From the NCBI GenBank assembly GCA_003223135.1, contig QHXX01000029.1:11864-75863 (forward strand): DNA of 64,000 nucleotides, written 5' to 3'. The translations under genes were made by a program, and so were the position numbers. The notes below the pieces were generated by a model, which worked only from the letters and a program-made list of their open reading frames with translations, ran no database searches and had not been told where the DNA came from. The stretch comes from Acidobacteriota bacterium (lineage in GTDB: Bacteria; Acidobacteriota; Polarisedimenticolia; Gp22-AA2). Shown here piece by piece: positions 18,882 to 30,100 of this stretch (positions are counted from its first letter, which is position 1; every line of letters starts with the position of its first letter).

Positions 18882-21430
18882 TCAGGCGAGCAGGCGCTTT
18901 TTCAGGTCGGCCAGGAAATTCAACGCCTGGATCGGCGTCATCTCCTCGATCCGGGCGCTGCGGATCTCCTCCAGGACCGGATCTTCTTCGGGGGCGAACA
19001 GGCCGAGCTGGGAGGGCGCGGGCGGGGTCCCGCCTTCGGCGGTCTCCGCCGCGCCGGGGGCCGCGCTCCCGGCACGGACCGTCCCCGCCGGCCCCGGAAG
19101 GCCGCGCCCGCGCGCCAGCTTCGGCCGGCCGTCGCGCGACAGCTCCTCGCGCTCCAGGTTCAGGAGCACCTCCCTGGCCCTCTCGATGACTTCGCGCGGC
19201 AGCCCGGCCAGCCGCGCCACCTGGATGCCGTAAGAGCGGTCGGCGGCACCCTCCAGGACGCGGCGCAGGAAGACGATGGTGTCGTTCCACTCACGCACCG
19301 CCATCGTCAGGTTGCAGACGCGCGGCTTGAGAAGCGCCAGCTCGATCATCTCGTGGTAGTGCGTGGCGAACATCGTTCGCGCCGCGACCGAAGGCGTGTC
19401 GTGCAGATACTCGGCGACGGACCAGGCGATCGACAGCCCGTCGAAGGTCGAGGTGCCGCGTCCGACCTCGTCCAGGAGAACGAGCGAGCGGACCGTGGCG
19501 TTATTGAGGATGTTGGCGGTCTCGATCATCTCCACGAGAAAAGTGCTCTGGCCCCGCGCCAGGTTGTCCGATCGACATCCATCAGGCAGTCGTTGGGGAC
19601 GAAGCGCTCGGTGTCGAGGAGTTGCTCGACCACCGGGTGGCGCCCCTCCACGATGCGCAGGCCGAGACTGTCGTCCACCTTCGGCCGCCGGTAGCCGTAC
19701 ACGGAGGCCGCTTCGGCAAAGGCCGCCAAGGCGTCGATCGTGGCGAGCGCCCGGCTCGTTGCGCCCAGGCGTGGCGCCGCGCGAGTCACCTCGTCGCGCA
19801 GGGCCACGAACAGTTCGTACTCCAGCGCTTCGATGCGCTCCTGGGCCGTCAGGACCTTGGCTTCGTACTCTTTCAGCTCGGGGGTGATGTAACGTTCCGC
19901 GCCGACCAGTGTCTGCTTGCGCTCGTAGTCGGCCGGCACGGACTTCCGATGCGCGTTGCTGATCTCGATGTAATAGCCGAAGACCTTGTTGTAGCGGACC
20001 TTGAGCGATGCGATCCCGGTGCGCTCGCGTTCGCGTGTCTCGATCGAGGCGAGGTAGGCGCGGCTGTCGCGCCTGATCGAACGAAGTTCGTCGAGCTCCT
20101 GCCGGTAGCCGTCGCGCAGCAGACCGCCTTCTCTGACGGTCGCGGGCGGATCGTCGGCGATCGATTCCTGAAGCCGCGCATGCAGATCGGCGAGCCCATC
20201 GAAGCCGGCCATGATCCGAGCCAGGGGCGGCGACGTCAGGGCCATGGAGAACGCGGCGATCTCCGGCAAAACCGCGAGCGAATCGCGCAACGCGACGAGG
20301 TCCCGTGCCGAGGCGGTGCCGAGAGAGCAGCGCGCCAGGAGGCGCTCGAGGTCGTGGATGTTCGCCAGGCGGGCGCGCAAGGCCGAGCGCTCGCCCTGCC
20401 GATCCAGGAGGAACTCGACCGCGTCCAGGCGCTCCGCGATCGCCCCGACCGACAGCAGCGGTCGCAAGACCCAGTCGCGCACGAGACGCCCTCCCATCGC
20501 CGTCTCGGTGCGATCGAGAATCGAAAGGAGCGTCCCGTCGCGCCCGCCGTCGCGCGTGTTCTCGGCCACCTCGAGCGTGCGCCGCGTGGTTGCGTCGAGA
20601 ACCATGGCCTCGCTCGGATGGTGCCAGACGACCCGCGTCACGTGCCTGAAGTCGGCCTTGTGGGCCTCCTGCAGGTAGTGCAGGAGCGCCCCGGCCGCGC
20701 CCACCGCCAGGTTCCGCCCCTCGACGCCGAACCCGGCGAGCGAGGCCGTCCCCAGGATCTCGTTCAGAAGCCGCGACGCGGCTTCGGTGCCGAGCGTCCA
20801 GCCCGGGACGGCATGGGCGAGCACGCCCTCGAGCAGCTCCACGGGGACGAGATTCTCGAGAGACGTTTCCTCGGGGTGCAGGATCTCGCGCGGCCGGAAC
20901 AGGGCCAACTGCGCCGCGAGGGAGTCGCCGGCCGAATGACCGCGATGCTCCGACAGTCGGAAATCGCCTGTGGACAGATCGAGATAGGCGCACCCGAAGC
21001 CGTCGCCCGCGCCGCCGCGTTCGGGGACCCCGGTGGCCTGGATGGCCGCGATGTAGTTCGGCTCGGAGGCCCGGAGCTGTGCCGGATCGGTGACCGTCCC
21101 GGGAGAGACGACGCGCGTCACGGCGCGTCTCACGATCCCTCTGGCGACGCGCGGGTCCTCCACCTGGTCGCAGATGGCGACCCGGTGCCCCTGACGGATC
21201 AGACGCGCCACGTACGAGTCGGCCGCGTGGTAAGGTACACCGCACATCGGCGCCTCGTTCTTCGTGCCCCGGCCTCGCGAGGTCAGGGTCAGTGACAGCG
21301 CCTTGGAGGCCAGTAGCGCGTCGTCGTAGAACATCTCGTAGAAATCGCCGAGGCGGAACATGAGGACGGCGTCGGGGTGCTGCGCCTTGATCGATCGGTA
21401 CTGCCGGAGCATCGGCGTGAGCGTGTCCAT
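18882..21430 (-). pseudogene. mutS: DNA mismatch repair protein MutS, interrupted by deletion + frameshift at ~19570
   Basis: TPMLRQY, GDFYEMF, GRHPVVE, then a different frame gives [40 protein letters not shown]; the Walker A segment is missing. Confidence 0.9.
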
Positions 21431-21438
21431 GGCGCTCC

Positions 21439-21467
21439 TTGACATTCGCAGGGCCCGCCATTATAAA
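21439..21467. promoter_or_regulatory. Overlapping divergent sigma-70 promoters (DUF4870 gene / mutS)
   Basis: Plus strand TTGACA-N17-TATAAA; minus strand TATAAT at 21465-21460. Confidence 0.6.
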
Positions 21468-21508
21468 ACAGCGTCTTCGATGTCCCGCGTCGCAGGAGTT
21501 CCTGCCCG

Positions 21509-21889
21509 ATGACCGTCGATCCTCTGACCACAGACGAGGCCCAGGTATCTCCCGAGGACTTGAACGAGGAGGACAAGGTCATGCTGGTCTTCTCGTACCT
21601 CTGGGTCCTGGCCATCGTGCCATTCATGGTCACGCGCCGCGAGTACGTGCGCTGGCACGCCAAGCAGGGACTCATCCTGTGCGGCGTCGCCTGTCTGGTC
21701 TTCCTGGGCGTGATCTTCGTGGGGGCCGTGCTCGCCACCATCTCCCGCGTGTTCGCCTGGTTGTTCGCCTTCGGCCTGATCAACCTGGTGCTGCTCTATC
21801 TGGCGATCGCCATCGTGTGCGTCATCAAGGCGATGCGCGGCGAGCGCTGGGCGATCCCCTTCCTGGGCGACCTGGTCGAGAAGATCTGA
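21509..21889 (+). CDS. DUF4870/Tic20-like small membrane protein
   Basis: [33 protein letters not shown]. Confidence 0.8.
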   Translation: MTVDPLTTDEAQVSPEDLNEEDKVMLVFSYLWVLAIVPFMVTRREYVRWHAKQGLILCGVACLVFLGVIFVGAVLATISRVFAWLFAFGLINLVLLYLAIAIVCVIKAMRGERWAIPFLGDLVEKI

Positions 21890-21896
21890 GCGGGTC

Positions 21897-22508
21897 ATGA
21901 GCGAGGCGATCCAGAGCGCCATGGCCGCCCACGCCTGGGCCGCGCTGCTTCTGGTCTTCCTCCTGGCCTGGCTCGAATACGTCTTCCCGCCCGTGCCGGG
22001 CGACTCAACCATGCTGTTCGGCTTTTTCCTGGCGGGCGCCGGCGCCCTTCCCCTGGCCGCGGTGACGGCGGCCGCCATGTCGGGGAGCGTGCTGGGCGCG
22101 CTGACGGCTTACTCCGTCGGGGCGCGCCTGGGGCGGTCCTATTTCTTCCTGCGGTCCGCGTGGGCGAGGGACGAGCTTGCCAGGGTCGAGGGCTGGTTCG
22201 GACGATTCGGGCCGCGACTCCTCACGATCAACCGCTTCATACCAGGGGTGCGCGGCTTTTTCCTGTACGCCGCGGGGATCGGTCGCGTCAGCCCGCGGCC
22301 GGTGCTCCTCTACTCGACGGCGAGCAATGCGCTGTGGGTGGGGCTCCTCGCCTGGGGAGGAACGAGTCTCGGAACGACCTGGGACGACGTGCGCGTCGTC
22401 TTCCGGCGCTATGTCTGGGGGATCGCCATCGTTGTCGGGGTGTACGCGGCCGTGACGATCGTGCGCGCCCGGCGAAGGCGCCGGGTCCTCCTCACGCCTT
22501 CTTCCTAA
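21897..22508 (+). CDS. DedA-family membrane protein
   Basis: EYVFPPVPGD, RFIPGVR motifs. Confidence 0.92.
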   Translation: MSEAIQSAMAAHAWAALLLVFLLAWLEYVFPPVPGDSTMLFGFFLAGAGALPLAAVTAAAMSGSVLGALTAYSVGARLGRSYFFLRSAWARDELARVEGWFGRFGPRLLTINRFIPGVRGFFLYAAGIGRVSPRPVLLYSTASNALWVGLLAWGGTSLGTTWDDVRVVFRRYVWGIAIVVGVYAAVTIVRARRRRRVLLTPSS

Positions 22509-23766
22509 TCTGCGCTTCGAGTTTCTTCAGCGTCTCCCGGCGGTCGGGCTGGTCCGGCCGCAACGCCAGAGATCGCCGCAAGTACTCCGCGGCCCGATCG
22601 AGCTGTCCCTTCTGCACGTAGGCCTGGGCGAGAGAATTGAACAGGGCGTGGTTCGGCGGGCCGGAACGCTCCGCGCGGTGGAAGTACTCCAGGGCCTTGT
22701 CCATTTCACCCTTGAGAGCGTAAGCGGTGCCCAGATTGAACAACGCCAGAGGGTGATCCGGCTTCAGCTCCAGGGCCTTCTGGAAGGCCGCAATCGCATC
22801 GTCGACCTTGCCCTGCTTCGCCTCGAGGCCGCCCAGGTTGATCTGGAACTGGGCCTCCTTTGGCGCCAGACCGACGGCGGTGTGGAAGGCCATCGTCGCC
22901 TTGTCGTATTTCCCCTCGCGCAGGTAGACCTGCCCGAGCCAGTCGTGGTGGATCGCGGAATCCTTCTTCTTCTCCAGACTGGCCTCGAGCAGGCGCTCGA
23001 GCTTCATGATCCTGGCCGGGTCCTGCGTCGTCTGGTAGAACACGTAGAGCCGGCTCATCGGCTCCAGCGCGGTCGGGTCGTAGTAAAGCGCCTCCAGGTA
23101 TTTCTGCTCGGCCTCGTCCTTCTTTCCCTCCGCCTCCAGGACCTGGCCCAGGGCGGCATGATAGAGCGCCTCCTTCGGGTCGGCCACGAGCGAGCGCTCG
23201 GCCAGAGCGCGCGCCGAGGCGGGAAACCGGCGCCGCAGGTAGTCGACGACGGCGTTGAACACGACACGGGGCTCCGGGCTGCTCACGATCAGGCCGTCGT
23301 CCGCGATACCCCGGGTGATCAGGTCGGCGGACACCAGCGGGGCCAGCCGGCGGTCGATCTGCGGCGACAGGATCTCGTCGGCGTTGAATCCGCGCGCCGC
23401 CGCGATCACGGCCGCCTTGAGGCGTTCCTCGATGTAGACCCGGGGTTCGCGCCCGCTGCGGCCACGATGAAAGGTCAGCACGTCGCTCGCGGAGGCGCGG
23501 CCGGCGATCCGCACCGGAAGTTTAAAGCCGGCGTGGTCCTTGGTGACGACGTCGACCGGACCGTCGAGAACCACCGGTGTGCTGTCATACACGTACAGGC
23601 GGTGGTACAAGGGGACGCGCAGGTGCAGGCCGGAGCCGAGCGGCAGGACCGATCCACCCGGCCCCTCGCGCACGGCGAAGTCCCCCGCCGGGACGTGGGC
23701 GACGTTGGCCGCCGCCAGCGCCACGAGCGCGACGAGCATCCACGACCATCTGCCCTTGAGACGCAT
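22492..23766 (-). CDS. Exported SPFH/band-7-like + tetratricopeptide repeat protein
   Basis: N-terminal hydrophobic segment, GLHLRVP and VVTKD (SPFH-like), multiple TPRs in the C-terminal half. Confidence 0.75.
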   Translation of the reverse strand: MRLKGRWSWMLVALVALAAANVAHVPAGDFAVREGPGGSVLPLGSGLHLRVPLYHRLYVYDSTPVVLDGPVDVVTKDHAGFKLPVRIAGRASASDVLTFHRGRSGREPRVYIEERLKAAVIAAARGFNADEILSPQIDRRLAPLVSADLITRGIADDGLIVSSPEPRVVFNAVVDYLRRRFPASARALAERSLVADPKEALYHAALGQVLEAEGKKDEAEQKYLEALYYDPTALEPMSRLYVFYQTTQDPARIMKLERLLEASLEKKKDSAIHHDWLGQVYLREGKYDKATMAFHTAVGLAPKEAQFQINLGGLEAKQGKVDDAIAAFQKALELKPDHPLALFNLGTAYALKGEMDKALEYFHRAERSGPPNHALFNSLAQAYVQKGQLDRAAEYLRRSLALRPDQPDRRETLKKLEAQIRKKA

Positions 23767-23897
23767 GTCCCGAGATGTCCCCGGTGGTTCCCGCAACACC
23801 GCGACCGGAGCGGCGCGTGAGCGAGTCGCGAGTCTCACCCGCGCCCCGCGCAGAGTCAACGAGCGCGCCGGAAGGCCGTGGGTGTACGATCGGCCCC

Positions 23898-24581
23898 ATG
23901 GGATTCGTGTCGCGCATGGCTCTCGTCACCGTGTCGACGATCCTCGCCGGGTCGCGCCTCGCGGCGGCACCGCCGGCCGCGGGTTCGCCGGCCGTCCCAG
24001 CCGACGCCGTGACCGAAGCGCGCGCCGTCGAGGAGGCGCTCAACGGCCTGGACGGGCTCGTGGCCTCGTTCACCCAGACGGTCGAGTCCGCCGGGCTCCC
24101 AAGACCCCAGGTCGAGAAGGGGAAGGTCTACCTCCTGAGGCCGGGGCGCATGCGCTGGGACTACGAGGTACCGCGCGGCAAGCTGGCGATTGCCGACGGC
24201 CGGAAGAGCTACGTCTACCTGCCGGAGGAACGACAGGTCCTGGTGGCGCCGCTCGATCCTCAGGGAACGCGTACGGGTATCGGGCTCCTGCTCAATCGGG
24301 TCGACCTGGTCGGGTCGTTCGAGATCGGCTGGGGGCCAGGCGCCGAGACCGGGCCGCGGCCGTTGCTCCTGAGGCCCCGCGCCCCCCGCACCGAGTACGA
24401 TTCCCTGCTTCTGTTCACTGGACCGGACCACCTGGTGCGGGCGCTGACGATCGTCGACCCGCTGGGGAGCCGGGTCACCTATCGCTTCGATCACCTCAGG
24501 CTCGTCGACACGCTCGACGACGACCTGTTCCGCTTCCAGCCGCCACCCGGAGTCCAGATCCAGGAAATCCCGCCGCCGTGA
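23898..24581 (+). CDS. lolA: Outer-membrane lipoprotein carrier LolA
   Basis: ASFTQ, RPGRMRWDY, ADG, FRFQPPPGV. Confidence 0.88.
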   Translation: MGFVSRMALVTVSTILAGSRLAAAPPAAGSPAVPADAVTEARAVEEALNGLDGLVASFTQTVESAGLPRPQVEKGKVYLLRPGRMRWDYEVPRGKLAIADGRKSYVYLPEERQVLVAPLDPQGTRTGIGLLLNRVDLVGSFEIGWGPGAETGPRPLLLRPRAPRTEYDSLLLFTGPDHLVRALTIVDPLGSRVTYRFDHLRLVDTLDDDLFRFQPPPGVQIQEIPPP

Positions 24582-24664
24582 TGCGCGGGTTGGCCGTCCT
24601 CCAAATCTTGCAATGGCGCGGATCAGGGTGCTAAGATCACCCGCCTTTTCGCCCTCCGGAGGAC

Positions 24665-25159
24665 GTGGTGGCGTCCGAAAACACCTTCGACATCGTCTCG
24701 AAGATCGATCTGCAGGAGGTCGACAACGCCATCCAGCAGGCCCTGAAGGAAATTCGACAGCGCTACGATTTCAAGGGAAGCATCTCCGACATCAGGCGTG
24801 AAAAGGATATCGTGCACCTCGTGGCGGACGACGAGTACAAGTTGCGGGCGGTCACCGAGATCCTGCTGCAGAAACTGGCGGCCCGACGCGTGCCGGCGAA
24901 GGGGTTGACGTTCAAGACGCCCGAGCAGGCCACAGGAGGAAGCCTGAGGCAGGAGGTCGTCCTGCAGCAGGGGATCCCCCAGGAGCAGGCGAAGGAAATC
25001 GTGAAAATCCTCAAGTCGAGCGGCCTCAAGGTGCAGGCGTCGATCCAGGCCGACCAGGTGCGGGTCAAAGCGAAGAGCAAGGACGAGCTTCAGGGGGCGA
25101 TCAAGGTCCTGCGCGATTGCGCCCTGGACTTCGACATGCAGTTCACGAATTACCGCTGA
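24665..25159 (+). CDS. yajQ: YajQ-family nucleotide/c-di-GMP-binding protein
   Basis: FDIVSKIDLQEVDNA, RYDFKGS, QFTNYR. Confidence 0.95.
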   Translation: MVASENTFDIVSKIDLQEVDNAIQQALKEIRQRYDFKGSISDIRREKDIVHLVADDEYKLRAVTEILLQKLAARRVPAKGLTFKTPEQATGGSLRQEVVLQQGIPQEQAKEIVKILKSSGLKVQASIQADQVRVKAKSKDELQGAIKVLRDCALDFDMQFTNYR

Positions 25160-25169
25160 GGAGGCGCCC

Positions 25170-25886
25170 TTGAACGTCCGGGCACGCGAGGCGGTTCGTA
25201 GCAATGCGGGACGGATCGCGTCCGCCGCGGCGCTGCTGCTCGTCCTTCTGGCGCCCGCCGCGGCTCTCGCAGAAGGCGAGGAGGGTCGGGTCGTCCTGCG
25301 CGGTCGGATCATCGACGAGACGGGGGCGGGGCTGGCGGGGCAGACGGTGCGCCTGCTGAAATCACGCACCTACGTCAAGATCGGCGGCCTGCGGTCCCTC
25401 GACCAGAGCGTCGAGGAGGCAAGGGCCACGACCGATACGCTCGGCTTCTTCGAGTTCGAGGACCGCCCCGATCCCGCCTTCCCTTACTACTACCTGCGCT
25501 TCTACGACCCGAAGACGTTCGACGCGGTGAAGTACCGTCTGCCGGAAGACCGGGACGTCTCGAAACGGCTGCGCGCGGGACGACCGGTGCAGGTCTCGGT
25601 CTCCCTGCGTTTCCAGCCCGACTGGCCGAAGGTCAAAGCGCTCCTCGACACTTACGCGGCGGGTAGCCAGGTCGGGCAGGTCCTGCGTTCGCTCGGGCTG
25701 CCGTCCTTCCGAGCGCCCGAAGGGCCTGGGCGCGAGCTGTGGACCTACGAGAAGGCCGGCGTAGCCTACGTGGTCGAGGGCGCCAAGATCATCGAGACAC
25801 GCACGCTCCCGGGAGGCGCGAAGAGCGCCGAGGGTGAATCCAAGAAGGACGAGCCGATCCCCGCCGTGCGGGTGGACGAGCCGTGA
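25170..25886 (+). CDS. Exported hypothetical protein (carboxypeptidase-regulatory-like domain)
   Basis: Signal peptide, LRGRIIDETG, ATTDTLGFF; operonic position. Confidence 0.65.
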   Translation: MNVRAREAVRSNAGRIASAAALLLVLLAPAAALAEGEEGRVVLRGRIIDETGAGLAGQTVRLLKSRTYVKIGGLRSLDQSVEEARATTDTLGFFEFEDRPDPAFPYYYLRFYDPKTFDAVKYRLPEDRDVSKRLRAGRPVQVSVSLRFQPDWPKVKALLDTYAAGSQVGQVLRSLGLPSFRAPEGPGRELWTYEKAGVAYVVEGAKIIETRTLPGGAKSAEGESKKDEPIPAVRVDEP

Positions 25887-26962
25887 CCGACCTCGCCTCC
25901 GAATTGAAGGCGGCGCGGACGCGACCCGCGGCGCCCGGCAGCGCGCCACCTCGCGCGGCCGCCCCCCGCGGCGTGCGCTCGCTGCCACCCGGTCTTCCCG
26001 AAATCATGCTGCTGGTGGGCGACAAGCTGGCGCAGGTCGAGGCGGAGTGCCGGCGCCACCTGCGCTCGGAAGTCGGCGTCATCGACGAGCTCGGCCGCTA
26101 CATCGCCGAGGGCGGCGGCAAGCGCGTGCGTCCCATCCTGCTCCTTTTGTCCGCGCAGCTCTGCGGCTACAAGGGCGATCGCGACGTCATGTTCGCCTCG
26201 GTGTTCGAGTTCATCCACACTGCGACGCTGGTGCACGACGACGTGATCGACGAGGCGGAGCTGAGGCGCGGCCGCGGGTCGCTCAACGCCCGCTGGGGGA
26301 ACGGCCTCACCGTGCTTCTCGGCGATTACCTGTACATCAAGTCGATGAACATGGCGCTGGCGGCCGACGACCTCGAGATCATCAAGATCCTGGCGGAGAT
26401 CACTCTGAAGATGATCGAGGGCGAGCTGATCGCCGATCGGCGACGATCGGACATCGACATCAGCGAGACGGAGCACCTGGAGATCATCCGCCGCAAGACG
26501 GCCTGCCTGTTCTCCGGCTGCGGCCGCGTGGCCGGCGTCCTCGCGAAGGCGCCGCCGGAACGGGTCATGGCGCTGGCCGAATACGGCATGAACCTGGGCA
26601 TGGCCTTCCAGATCATCGACGACCTTCTGGACTTTACCGCCAGCGAGAGCGTCCTCGGCAAGCCGGTGGCCTCGGACCTGAAAGAAGGGAAGCTGACGCT
26701 GCCGCTCATCTACCTGCTGCAGGAAAGCGAGCCGGCTGCGCGCGTCATGGTGCAGACCGTCCTGGAGGAACGCGACTTCAGGACGGTGCCGCGTCAGGAA
26801 ATCATCGGCCTGTTGCGGCGCGCCCGCACGCTCGAGCGGACACGCGAGCTGGCCGTGTCCTATGCCCGCCGGGCGCAGGCGGCCCTGCAGGTGTTCCCCT
26901 GCTCTCCGGTGCGCGACGCCCTCATGGCGCTGCCCGATTTCGTTCTGTTCCGGGAGTACTGA
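25883..26962 (+). CDS. Polyprenyl diphosphate synthase (IspB-like)
   Basis: GGKRVRP, HDDVID, FQIIDDLLD, GKLTLP. Confidence 0.93.
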   Translation: MTDLASELKAARTRPAAPGSAPPRAAAPRGVRSLPPGLPEIMLLVGDKLAQVEAECRRHLRSEVGVIDELGRYIAEGGGKRVRPILLLLSAQLCGYKGDRDVMFASVFEFIHTATLVHDDVIDEAELRRGRGSLNARWGNGLTVLLGDYLYIKSMNMALAADDLEIIKILAEITLKMIEGELIADRRRSDIDISETEHLEIIRRKTACLFSGCGRVAGVLAKAPPERVMALAEYGMNLGMAFQIIDDLLDFTASESVLGKPVASDLKEGKLTLPLIYLLQESEPAARVMVQTVLEERDFRTVPRQEIIGLLRRARTLERTRELAVSYARRAQAALQVFPCSPVRDALMALPDFVLFREY

Positions 26963-27128
26963 GCTCGGGGACACGAGATCCCGGTTGATCCCGCCGCCCC
27001 TCAACATTTAGGGTCTCCGGGTCGCGCGACCCCCACATCTTGGCCATTTCGGACCTCGGTATCTCTTTTCGCTGTGCTAGAATCCCTGGCTCGATGGCTC
27101 CTTTCTTCCCCGGCCAGACAGGACACTG

Positions 27129-30100
27129 ATGCCCCGCATCCTCAGGCTCGACCGGATGGAGATCCTCGGCTTCAAATCGTTCTATGGCCGGACCCGGTTC
27201 GACTTCCCGGACGGCATCACGGCGGTGGTCGGCCCGAACGGCTGCGGCAAGAGCAACATCGGCGACGCGATCTCCTGGGTGCTCGGCGAACAGAAGGCCA
27301 GCTCTCTGCGCAGCGATCGGATGGAAGATGTCATCTTCAACGGCAGCGAGGGACGGCGGCCGCTGGGGATGGCGGAGGTTTCGCTCCATTTCAAGAACCT
27401 CCTGGCGGATGGGAACGGTCACGCGAACGGCAACGGTCACGGCGCCGGCAATGGCCACGGCGCCGCTCCCGAGGTGACGGTCGCGGCCGATCGCGAGGTG
27501 CCCATCCCGGAGGCCGCCGAAAGCGCTCGGCCTGCGGCCGGCGGCGCGCCGGAGAGCCAGGCGGCGGCGCTCCGGATCACGGAGATTGAAGAGATCCCCG
27601 AGGAGGTCGTCGTCACCCGCCGCATTTATCGTTCGGGAGAGAGCGAGTACGTCCTGAACGGCCAACGCTGCCGGCTCAAAGACATCCAGGATCTCCTGGC
27701 GCGCACGGACATCGGCTCGCGCCTGTACTCGACCATCGAGCAAGGCAAGATCGATCAGGTGCTCGCCGCCCGGCCGAAAGATCGTCGAGCCATGTTCGAG
27801 GAGGCCGCCGGAATCCTGGGCTACCGGTCGAAGCGCCGGCAGGCCGAGCTGAAACTCGAAGCCGCTCAGGCGAACCTGCTGCGCATCAACGACATCGTGA
27901 TCGAGGTCGAAAAGCAGATCAATGCGCTGCGGCGGCAGGCGGCCAAGGCCCGCCGCTACCAGAGGCTCGTCGACGACCTGAGCGAGAGACGGCTCGTCCT
28001 GGCGCGCCAACGCCTGGCGGCGTCGGACGAGGAGAGGCACCGGACCGGGGAGGCGATCGAGGCCCTGCGGGCCGAGGAGGTGGCCGCCGCCGCGGCGCTC
28101 GTGGCCGACGAAGCCGACCTCGAGCGCCTGAGGCTACAGCTCGAAGCGGGAGAGGCGGCCGGGCGCGGCCGGCGCGAGGAGATTCATGCCTTCGACCTCG
28201 AGATCGATCGGATCCAGGAACGTCTGCGGGCGGGCCGGGAGCAGGTGCGGGACTTGGAATCGCGTCTGGCCGAAGGGGAGCGGGAGCTGACGGCGCTGCG
28301 GTCGCGGTTCGCGGAACAGGAAACCCGTCTCGCCGAGGCGATCCGGGAGATCGCGGACGTCGAGGAGCGGCTGCGGTCGGCGGCATCATCGGCAGTGGCG
28401 GTCTCGGCAGACGACGGCGAGCGGGCCGCTGCGATCGAGCTCCTTGATGCGGATCTGGACAAGACGCGCGCGGGGCTCCTGGAGCGGATCGAACGCCACG
28501 CCGCGATGATGAGCCACAGCGCTTCTCTCGAGGAGCAGGCGCGCGCGGCGCGCGCATCGCTCCTCAAGATTGAGCGCGAGATGGAAGAGCTGCGGGCGTC
28601 CCGCGGGCGTCTGGGCGCGGAGGTCGAGGGGCTGGAGCGGGAGGCGGCGGCCGGGCGCGGGCGGGCGGAAGAGACGGCCGTCCGGCACGAGGCGGTCACA
28701 GCGGCCGAGCGCGAGGCGGCCGGTCGCATGACCGCCGTCGAGAGGCGCGCCGAGGAATTGAAAGGGCGCGCGGCGGTCCTGGCGGAGCGCAGGGCGGCGC
28801 TGGCGGAGATGGAGCGGCAGCGCGCCGGGTTTTCCGAGGGCGTGGGCGATCTCCTGAAAGGAACGGCCGGCATCGAACCGCGCGGTGTTGTCGGCGACCG
28901 CCTCGATGTGCCGCCCGGCCTCGAGAAGGCGGTGGAGGCAACCCTCCAGGATCTCCTGGAGGCCGTGGTCGTCGGTGGAGCGGAGGAGGCGGCCCGCGGG
29001 GTCGCGTACCTGAGAGCCAGCGGGCGCGGCCGGGTGTCGTTCGTCGCGGACGAAGGAGCGCCGGCCAGGGACGAGTCGCCGGGGACATCGTCGTGCGATC
29101 CCCCGGCCGACGTCCCCGCCGTCCACTGTCGCCTGTCCGAAAGAATCGGCGGCGCGCCTCTGGGGCCGATCTCCCGGATCCTGGCGCGCACGCTCCTGGT
29201 GGACAGCCTCGAACAGGCCCATGGCCTGCACGACGCGCATCCTGCCTTCGCATGCGTGACACCGCAAGGCGACATCGTCCGTTTCGACGGCTCGGTGACC
29301 GGGGGCGACGGGCGGGCCCTTTCACACTGGCTTTTGCAGCGCCGGGTGGAGAGGGAGGAGATCGATCGGCGCATGTCCGAAGTGGCGGCGGCGCGGGAAG
29401 AGGCCGAAGGGACCCTCCTGCGCCTTCGCGAGGAACGGGTCACGGCGCAGGAGCGGTTGACGAGCGCGGCGACCGAGGTGCAGGTGGAGTCGCGCGTGGC
29501 GTTCGAGAGCGCCCTCAGGTTGCAGCAGGGCCGTGAGGAGCTGGACCGGATCGACCGGGCGCTGCCGCTCCTCGTGGGGGAACAGGCGCGGCTGCAGCGC
29601 GACATCGCCTCCTGCGTCGCCGGGATGGCGGGGCGCGCGATGGATCTCGAGGTGTTGGAGGCCGAGCGCCGCACCTCCGAGGAGTCGATCGCGGCGAGGA
29701 GCGCGGAGCTGGCGCGGCTACGGGCGGACCTGGAGCTCGCGCGCCGCGCGTCGGCGGAGACGCGCGCGGCCCTTGCGGCCGCCGAGCAGCGCCACACCTC
29801 CCTTCTGCGCGAGAGGGACGGGCTGGACGAGGCGATCCGTGACCTGGCCTCGTCGATGGCGCGGCGCACCCGGGAGCGCGACGAATGGACGGCGCGCATC
29901 GCGCAGATCGGCGAGCAGGATGGGGGACTCGAGCAGCAGCGCCAGGCCGCGCTCAACGCACGCGCCGAGGCGGCGGCGCGCGACGAGGCGGCGCATGCAG
30001 GCCTCGCCTATGAGCGAAGCCTGCTGCACGCGCGCGAGCAGGCCGTGAAGCAGGGGCGCGTCGCGCAGGTCGCGCTGCGCGAGCGTCATCAGCAGCACGA

